Assembly: GCA_023247725.1 (NCBI GenBank) | Contig: JAHFFW010000003.1 | Coordinates: forward strand, 64,704-128,703 | Reading direction: 5' to 3' | Source of the DNA: Candidatus Omnitrophota bacterium | GTDB lineage: Bacteria; Omnitrophota; Gorgyraeia; Zapsychrales; JAHFFX01 | Length of the DNA stretch: 64,000 nt | Shown: piece after piece, positions 57,965 to 64,000 of the stretch | How positions within the stretch are numbered: the first letter of the stretch is position 1 | How the letters are laid out: every line of letters starts with the position of its first letter | The notes under the pieces: model-generated | The model's database searches: none | What the model was told of the DNA's origin: nothing | What the model saw: the letters and a program-made list of their open reading frames with translations, nothing else | Translations under genes and position numbers: made by a program

Positions 57965-58805
57965 GGCTCTTAAAGATTTTATGCAAAAAATCATCAAAAT
58001 TTATTCTCGCGAGTTGATTGTGGCCGTGGTGTTTTTGCTGGCCTATGCGCCCATATTCGTTTGGATGTGGAACCGCTGGTTTGCCCCGGATTCCTATTAC
58101 AGCCACGGGATTCTTGTCCCTTTTGTGACCGGCTATCTCATTTGGCTAAATAGAGACACCTTAAAAAATGTGGAAAAGCGACAAGGTGAAATGGTGGGCA
58201 TGGTTATGCTCGCCTTCGGGATCTTTGCCCTGATCTTAAGTTCGTTTTTACGGAGCTATCCGGCGGGGGCACTCACGATGATTGTGGTGTTGGCGGGTCT
58301 TATCATTACGTTTTTTGGCACTCGCGTCATGAAGACGATCGCCTTCCCGATTGCCTTTTTATTTTTCATGATTCCTTTGCCTGAGTATATGATTACGAAG
58401 ATCAGTTTTAATATGAAAATTTTTGCCGCTCAAATCGCTACCGATATCCTTAATAATCATTTGCGTATTCCGGCCTTGCGCGAAGGAAGTCTGATTAAAA
58501 TGAGAAGCGCTTATGTGATGGTCGATGATGTGTGCAGTGGTTTGCGTTCGCTGATTTCGTTATCAGCGCTGGGAAGTGTTTTTGCTTACTGGATGAAACG
58601 GCCTATGTACAAGCGGATCCTACTTTTTCTTCTCACCATTCCCATTGCGATCATCACGAATGTCGTTCGTGTCATCCTTTTGGCCACGATCAGTGAAGTT
58701 TGGGGACCGCAATTTGCAACCGGCTTGACTCACGATATTTCGGGTTTTTTGATGTTCGCCTTGGCTTTTGTTTTATTATACGCAACCGCGAAAGTGATTG
58801 AATGA
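57957..58805 (+). CDS. Exosortase (XrtA/EpsH family)
   Basis: Eight TM segments with conserved exosortase motifs YSHG, FFMIPLPE, the catalytic Cys in DDVCSGLRSL, and NVVRVILL. Confidence 0.92.
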   Translation: MSKALKDFMQKIIKIYSRELIVAVVFLLAYAPIFVWMWNRWFAPDSYYSHGILVPFVTGYLIWLNRDTLKNVEKRQGEMVGMVMLAFGIFALILSSFLRSYPAGALTMIVVLAGLIITFFGTRVMKTIAFPIAFLFFMIPLPEYMITKISFNMKIFAAQIATDILNNHLRIPALREGSLIKMRSAYVMVDDVCSGLRSLISLSALGSVFAYWMKRPMYKRILLFLLTIPIAIITNVVRVILLATISEVWGPQFATGLTHDISGFLMFALAFVLLYATAKVIE

Positions 58806-59443
58806 GATTAAATCAAAACCAGACATTTTGGGGGACAATTTTTTTTCTTGGTTTGGCCGGAATTATTTCTTGGATATTTTATTACCGAGAATTTACTCAA
58901 AAAGATACCATCGATATCCACAATTTTCCGAAGACAATTGGTGAATGGAAAGGGGAGGACCTGCCAATTTCAGAATACGAATACGGTATTTTAGAAACGC
59001 GCAACGTCCTCGCCCGAAAATATATTCATCCCGATCAACGGATTGTCTATCTTTTGCTCGTCTATTCGCAACATAATCGGAAAGTGACGCATCCTCCAGA
59101 AATCTGCTACACCGGAGGAGGGATTTCCATTCTCGAAAATGTCACTACTCCTATTGAACCCCTACACTTCACTGAAAAGATTATGGCAAACCGGCTTTTA
59201 TTGGAATACAAAGGGGCAAGGCAATATGCGTTTTACTGGTTCAAAGTTGGATCTTCCTACACGCCCAGTTACTGGAAACAGCAAATCCTCATTGTTTCTA
59301 ATATTCTAGAGGGGCGCTCCCGCGGTTGTGCCCTGATTCGCGTCTCCAGCGATATCCTTGACAAAAATACCGACATCGCTACAAGAAATGTAACAGAGTT
59401 TACCAATCTTCTTTTACCCTTGCTCTCTACCTACCTGCCTTAA
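58802..59443 (+). CDS. Exosortase-associated EpsI family protein
   Basis: N-terminal TM, then the conserved HPPEICYTGGG motif typical of EpsI; translationally coupled to the exosortase gene. Confidence 0.85.
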   Translation: MRLNQNQTFWGTIFFLGLAGIISWIFYYREFTQKDTIDIHNFPKTIGEWKGEDLPISEYEYGILETRNVLARKYIHPDQRIVYLLLVYSQHNRKVTHPPEICYTGGGISILENVTTPIEPLHFTEKIMANRLLLEYKGARQYAFYWFKVGSSYTPSYWKQQILIVSNILEGRSRGCALIRVSSDILDKNTDIATRNVTEFTNLLLPLLSTYLP

Positions 59444-59673
59444 CCATTTCCAATTCAACATCCTCGTCTCCTAATTTCCAAAAAAGTTACCTGCCTCTCT
59501 TTGTATATAAAATAAACATTGTCTAAAATTATAAACCACACAATGGGGTAGTTTGTCTATAGATGTCTGAGTGTGTCATAGGTTGGGAAGATTTTTCCAT
59601 TTCATTGTTCCTATAACTATAAGTGCCACAAGTAATTAAATAAATATTGAATTCTAAAAATGCAATCCAACCT

Positions 59674-59689
59674 TGGCATAGAAGTTGCT
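59674..59689 (+). promoter_or_regulatory. Sigma-54 (-24/-12) promoter: TGGCAT-A-GAAG-TTGCT
   Basis: GG at 59675-76 and GC at 59687-88 with the canonical 10-nt separation. Matches TGGCAC-G-N4-TTGCW at 11 of 12 defined positions. It sits in an AT-rich 300-bp intergenic region about 70 nt upstream of ATG 59757. Confidence 0.65.
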
Positions 59690-59756
59690 TATATAAGGAT
59701 GCGTTGTTGTATAGGAAAAGAATTTCAACTTTTTGAACCCTACAACTCATTACACT

Positions 59757-60605
59757 ATGCAACCATCCAAACTGAACTCCCCAAGGTATCTGGTAATAAG
59801 TCTTCTTTTACTGATGGTCTTTGGTTCTTTACCGAGACAGGCAGAGGCCGTGACTTTTGTAAAGCCACAGGACGCTCGCCTCGTAATTGCAGAGGGGAAG
59901 ATTAATGAAATTCCAGAAAATTTGCCTTCCGAGTCTAAATCTCATGCCCCTGAACCTGCGACTCTAGCTTTGTTTGGCAGCGGAATCTTTGGAATGATCG
60001 TTAGTTTTTTGAAGAGGGCTTATTTGGTTGCCAAAAGAATTTTTGATATAATCGTGTCTTTATTAGGCATTTTAATTCTATCGCCTTTATTTCTTCTGGC
60101 TGCAATTCTTATCAAAAGCTCATCCAAGGGGCCGATTCTCTATAAACAAATTCGGGTTGGCCAAAAGGGGAAACTCTTTGAAATTTACAAATTTCGCTCT
60201 ATGAAAATGGATGCGGAAAAGGAGTGCGGGCCAGTCTGGGCCAAGAAAGATGATGACCGCTTGATTACGGTAGGAAAATTTTTAAGAATGAGTCGAATTG
60301 ATGAGTTGCCCCAATTTTTCAATATCCTCAAGGGCGATATGAGCTTGATCGGTCCTAGGCCCGAACGGCCGGTTTTTGTGGAAAAGTTTAAAGAAATGAT
60401 CCCAGATTACGAAAAGCGATTATTGGTTAAGCCAGGGATCACCGGTTTAGCCCAGGTTTGGCATAAGTACGATGAAACCATTAAGGATGTACGTAAAAAG
60501 ATCAAATACGATGTTCTTTACATTAAGAAACTGAATTTTGGGACTGATGTGAGAATTTTTTTGAGAACCTTTCTGGTCGTTTTAACAGGGCAGGGGGCCC
60601 AATAG
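59757..60605 (+). CDS. Polyprenyl-phosphate sugar phosphotransferase (bacterial sugar transferase, small WbaP/PssY-like type) whose open frame begins with a signal peptide plus an internal PEP-CTERM-like motif
   Basis: Catalytic domain RIFDIIVSLLGILILSPLFLLAAILIK...FEIYKFRSM...SLIGPRPERP. N-terminally in the same frame: signal peptide MQPSKLNSPRYLVISLLLLMVFGSLPRQAEA, a 35-aa spacer, then PEPATLALFGSGIFGMIVSFLKR. Confidence 0.8.
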   Translation: MQPSKLNSPRYLVISLLLLMVFGSLPRQAEAVTFVKPQDARLVIAEGKINEIPENLPSESKSHAPEPATLALFGSGIFGMIVSFLKRAYLVAKRIFDIIVSLLGILILSPLFLLAAILIKSSSKGPILYKQIRVGQKGKLFEIYKFRSMKMDAEKECGPVWAKKDDDRLITVGKFLRMSRIDELPQFFNILKGDMSLIGPRPERPVFVEKFKEMIPDYEKRLLVKPGITGLAQVWHKYDETIKDVRKKIKYDVLYIKKLNFGTDVRIFLRTFLVVLTGQGAQ

Positions 60606-60686
60606 TCCACGGCATAATAGCCATTAAGACTTATGGAGAATTTTGATTAATTGGTTGTAGGTTTTAAAGATTGAAAGGAGAAAAAG

Positions 60687-61553
60687 ATGAAAAAGTCATT
60701 CATTACAATTGGGGCATTGCTCATCTGCACAGCTCCAGTTTGGGCTCAGCCTTTTTCCGCGCCCATGGGCAGCGATACCTACGGAATCAGTCAAGGAGGA
60801 GCCAATAATCTTTTGATCCCGACGCCTAACGACGATAACGATAATCCCGGGCCTTATGGCGGAACCCCTTATACTCTAGGTGGAGGACCCAATCCGGCTG
60901 ACATCAATGACGCTATCAATCTATTATTGGGCACAAACTATGTCCATAATTCCGACGTGGATTTTCTTCGCCATACTGGACCGGATAATGCCTGGCAGGA
61001 TTTAAGTTCCCAAAATCAACAGGGACCTTTCGTTTTTATTTCGTTAACCGCAGATTTTACTAACAGCCTTTATACATACGACGTCGGTGATCCGACCACT
61101 CTTTATCAAGTCATTCCCGGCCAGACAGGATACGGTTTTGTGGGTGACGGAAGCGCAGGAAAGCCGTTTGTTGGCGGGGTCAATCCTTTATCGTCAAACA
61201 ATTTTGGCTGGGCTCTGGTGAGTGATTATAATGGCACGGAATATATTTGGGATTCTAACCCGGCGTTCAATCCGGATGATTTAGATCACATGCTAACCTA
61301 TCATTTGGCTAACCTCCAGGGTCGTACCGTTTATGTCGATGTCGATGGAAATATTCAGCAATATAAATTTAACGATCCTTACCTTTTGGCTTGGGAAGAC
61401 CTTCCATTACGAAATGGTAAACTTGGGGACGAAGATTACGACGATTCCATATTTCTGGTTGATCGAGTTCGGCCTATACCAGAACCCATCAGTTTAGTCT
61501 TATTGGCCAGTGGCTTCATGGGAATGATCGGATTGAAAAGAAAAATAGGATAA
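60687..61553 (+). CDS. PEP-CTERM sorting-domain protein (exosortase substrate)
   Basis: Signal peptide MKKSFITIGALLICTAPVWAQ; C-terminal PIPEPISLVLLASGFMGMIGLKRKIG. Confidence 0.9.
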   Translation: MKKSFITIGALLICTAPVWAQPFSAPMGSDTYGISQGGANNLLIPTPNDDNDNPGPYGGTPYTLGGGPNPADINDAINLLLGTNYVHNSDVDFLRHTGPDNAWQDLSSQNQQGPFVFISLTADFTNSLYTYDVGDPTTLYQVIPGQTGYGFVGDGSAGKPFVGGVNPLSSNNFGWALVSDYNGTEYIWDSNPAFNPDDLDHMLTYHLANLQGRTVYVDVDGNIQQYKFNDPYLLAWEDLPLRNGKLGDEDYDDSIFLVDRVRPIPEPISLVLLASGFMGMIGLKRKIG

Positions 61554-61597
61554 ACTGATCGAAGCAAGGATCAAAAATTCAAAAGGAGAAAAATCTC

Positions 61598-61927
61598 ATG
61601 ATTAGTAAGCTCATCCGCAATGCCAATGTAGCTATCCTTAGCGTGCTTCTACCTTACATCTATGGTTGCTCTGGGGGGGGAGGTGGGGGTGGCAATTCAC
61701 TTTCCGAACTTTTGGGACCAGGAGCAGGAACTGGCGCGGGAGCAACGACTGCAGGAGCCGGCAGCGGGATCGATGCTGGTTTTCTTGCTTCGAGTTTATC
61801 TACCTCGAGCGAAGGCTTAGGAAACCATATTGCTTCAATCCATAATCCTGAGCCAACAACCATGGCCTTATTAGGTTCTGGCATTATGGCCATGGCCTTT
61901 TTAATGAATAAAAGCAAAAAATCATAA
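61598..61927 (+). CDS. Small Gly/Ala/Ser-rich protein with both a lipoprotein signal peptide and a PEP-CTERM domain
   Basis: Lipobox LLPYIYGC followed by Gly7. Low-complexity middle. C-terminal NPEPTTMALLGSGIMAMAFLMNKSKKS. Confidence 0.85.
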   Translation: MISKLIRNANVAILSVLLPYIYGCSGGGGGGGNSLSELLGPGAGTGAGATTAGAGSGIDAGFLASSLSTSSEGLGNHIASIHNPEPTTMALLGSGIMAMAFLMNKSKKS

Positions 61928-61959
61928 TTTAGTATTCTAAATTGAAAAAATTATAAAAT

Positions 61960-61994
61960 AAGGCAGGTTTAAAACACAACCTGCCTTATTTTTT
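61960..61994 (+). terminator. Rho-independent terminator
   Basis: 10-bp perfect stem AAGGCAGGTT/AACCTGCCTT, loop TAAAACAC, then ATTTTTTG. Confidence 0.85.
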
Positions 61995-62199
61995 GGCTGG
62001 TTTCCGGAATTGGTCTATAGGTTGATTTTAAATTTTAGATTGGGAAAGCTTTTTGACTCTTTCGACGGTGCCTTAACACTCGCTTACTTCTAAGCACCGC
62101 TTTTTAGAGCCCACAACCCTAGACTTCCTCAACTTCCGCTCGTTTAGGCTCGGCAGGCCCATTTTGCTGCCGGCCTACCATGACTGGGCCGTCGAAGTG

Positions 62200-62227
62200 T
62201 TGACATTGGCGCAAGCTGTGCTAGAAT
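62200..62227 (+). promoter_or_regulatory. Sigma70-like promoter TTGACA-N16-TAGAAT
   Basis: TTGACA at 62200-05 and TAGAAT at 62222-27; 50 nt upstream of ATG 62277. Confidence 0.45.
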
Positions 62228-62276
62228 CTCCGTAAGTTATTGTTTTAAAGTAGTTTGCGAAAATTCAAAGGCCCCT

Positions 62277-63149
62277 ATGACACCGGAACGCTCTGCCAAA
62301 AATGTCATTGATTTAATTCGTTTCTCACTAAACACCTTATTTCAAAATCCCCTCATCGCCTACCCGTTTGTTATCATTGCCTTTATCCAACTGTTTGTTT
62401 TAGAAATTTTTTATTTCGCTCCTCGTTATCCTTTGTCCATTTTTTTTGGGCCTTTGATCCGAACCCTTTATGGAGAGGGCTATTTGCATTATCCTTACAA
62501 TTTTATCCTTCTACCAAAGATGTTCCAATATGCACAAATCTTTATTTATATTTTTATCAGTAGTTTCTTGATCGCCGTATCGGTTGCTACAATCGAATAT
62601 ATCAACAATGACAAAAAAGTTACTTTTGGCATGATGGTCAAAAAAATGCTTCCCCAATACGTTCACATTTGTTTGGCTTCAATTTTCATGTTTATGGCCA
62701 TCTTTGGCTTCTTGAAACTTTATGGGCTTGCCTATGACCGTGCGTCTCTTATCCAATCCACTTCCGGAAAATTTTACCTGATCAAAAGACTCGTCATGGA
62801 GGGAGCCTCCTATATTACGGTATTGATTCAGATTTTAGTGACGACAATTTTTGCTTATGTCATCACGCTCATTGCCATTGAAAAACGCAAAGTCTTCAGT
62901 GCACTTTGGAAAAATTTCCGTTACCTGCGCACGACATTCTTTTTTATTTTTTCGATGGTTTTAATTCCGACCTTATTTTATCTACCAGTCTTAGTATTGC
63001 GAGACAATATGCCCATCTTGGGCAACGGAATGTTTCCAAGTTTAAGGGGGTGGGTGATCGTTTTAAGCATCCTGGTTTTGACGGCCATTGATTCCATCAT
63101 TTATACTGCGGTGACCAGTTTTTATTTGTTGAAACAGGAACATCGATGA
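62277..63149 (+). CDS. Integral membrane protein, hypothetical (6-7 TM)
   Basis: Hydrophobic segments throughout; no recognisable catalytic motif. Confidence 0.5.
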   Translation: MTPERSAKNVIDLIRFSLNTLFQNPLIAYPFVIIAFIQLFVLEIFYFAPRYPLSIFFGPLIRTLYGEGYLHYPYNFILLPKMFQYAQIFIYIFISSFLIAVSVATIEYINNDKKVTFGMMVKKMLPQYVHICLASIFMFMAIFGFLKLYGLAYDRASLIQSTSGKFYLIKRLVMEGASYITVLIQILVTTIFAYVITLIAIEKRKVFSALWKNFRYLRTTFFFIFSMVLIPTLFYLPVLVLRDNMPILGNGMFPSLRGWVIVLSILVLTAIDSIIYTAVTSFYLLKQEHR

Positions 63150-64000
63150 AGAAATCAGTTTTGGTCATGTTGGGAATCTTGGTTGGGGTTTTTTTATTGT
63201 TTTCTCTTCTAGATCGTAACGGCGAATATGGTGCCGAACAATTGATGTGGTTAACAACTCACCGTTTGCAAGAATTTTCGCATGACCCCAAGTCCGTTCC
63301 CGATCAAGCGTTCGATGCTTTAGAAAAGAATTTCGAGGCCATTATCAAACGCGATCCTCAGTCTGAGCTAGCCTTGCAAGCCTATTTGTCCATTGGCCGG
63401 ATCTATTTGGTGAAAAGGTCATATGGAATTGCTCGACAAAAAATCGAAGAAGGTTTAAACCGGTATCCGCAACGCCCTGACTTTTGCGCCCTAGCATTAT
63501 CGTTTATTGGTCGCACGTATGAACTCGAAGAGGATTTGCCTCAGGCCTTAAGGATTTATAAGCGCCTTGTGAATGAATATCCCCAGACCCCCGTTGGACT
63601 AGAAATGCCTCTGTATATAGGACAGATTTATGAAAGGGAGGGGGCCCAAGCAAAGGCCCAGACTACTTATTCGCAAGCCATTGATCACTATCGCCAACTG
63701 GCCGATGAACATCCAGATTCTGATTTGGAAATAAGAAGTCTACGGATGTTGGCCAATACTTATATCGGTCTGCAGAAATGGCAAGAGGCCGTCGATACCT
63801 TGGGTGAAGTTCTCATTAAATCGGGACCCAATCAGTACCTGGACTCATCGCAGGTCAATTTAATATTGAGGTCAATCAACACCATTTCAATCGTGGAACT
63901 AAAAAATTATACAGTTCCTAAAAAAATTTACAAAGAATATATTCGTCGTCATCCTCAAGACGGTTTAAGTCGAGTAATAAAGGAGCTCATCAAAGGGTTG
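63146..64000 (+). CDS. TPR-repeat protein with an N-terminal signal/anchor; the 3' end lies outside the window
   Basis: MKKSVLVMLGILVGVFLLFSLL followed by repeated TPR-like units (ALQAYLSIGRIY..., ALSFIGRTYE..., ...). The frame is still open at 64000. Confidence 0.65.
   Translation, partial: MKKSVLVMLGILVGVFLLFSLLDRNGEYGAEQLMWLTTHRLQEFSHDPKSVPDQAFDALEKNFEAIIKRDPQSELALQAYLSIGRIYLVKRSYGIARQKIEEGLNRYPQRPDFCALALSFIGRTYELEEDLPQALRIYKRLVNEYPQTPVGLEMPLYIGQIYEREGAQAKAQTTYSQAIDHYRQLADEHPDSDLEIRSLRMLANTYIGLQKWQEAVDTLGEVLIKSGPNQYLDSSQVNLILRSINTISIVELKNYTVPKKIYKEYIRRHPQDGLSRVIKELIKGL

Overview
This is a bacterial chromosomal window with almost every gene on the + strand (only rpoN is on the - strand) and about 48% GC. 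It has four parts. (1) Positions 1-7463 hold a type II secretion / type IV pilus-like operon in gspD-E-F-pseudopilin order: a secretin C-terminus, a GspE/PilB ATPase, a GspF/PilC platform protein and six prepilin-type pseudopilin genes, plus a promoter-less pilin C-terminal cassette fragment. (2) Positions 7570-22790 are a housekeeping block: tRNA-Ala, rsmE, a family 39 glycosyltransferase with TPR repeats, recA with a textbook sigma70 promoter, htrA, recX, alaS, then tightly overlapping hisD-hisB-[structured repeat element]-hisH-hisA-hisF-hisI-hemB-hemL, followed by a small lipoprotein, a cupin protein and convergent rpoN (sigma-54). (3) Positions 25548-61994 are a ~36-kb exopolysaccharide locus of the PEP-CTERM/exosortase (XrtA/EpsH-EpsI) type. 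It encodes a MerR-like HTH protein, a Wza-like export protein, a Wzz chain-length determinant, an ExeA-like ATPase, a transmembrane coiled-coil protein, an EpsG-type tyrosine kinase, an epimerase, a Wzm/Wzt ABC exporter, about 13 glycosyltransferase domains (including GT2-GT4 and GT4-GT4 fusions), a frameshifted hexapeptide acetyltransferase, a Wzy-like ligase, a polysaccharide deacetylase, the exosortase, EpsI, a priming sugar transferase and two PEP-CTERM proteins. The unusual content of this locus is: a candidate c-di-GMP-I (GEMM) riboswitch with an intrinsic terminator in front of a secreted beta-helix protein carrying five cysteine-rich tandem repeats; a second pseudopilin operon (PilV/W/X-like) inside the EPS locus; an excellent sigma-54 -24/-12 promoter in front of a sugar transferase whose reading frame starts with a signal peptide and an internal PEP-CTERM sorting motif; and a decayed four-helix-bundle gene. 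(4) Positions 62200-64000 hold a sigma70-like promoter, an integral membrane protein and the start of a TPR protein. I found no CRISPR array, integrase or transposase.
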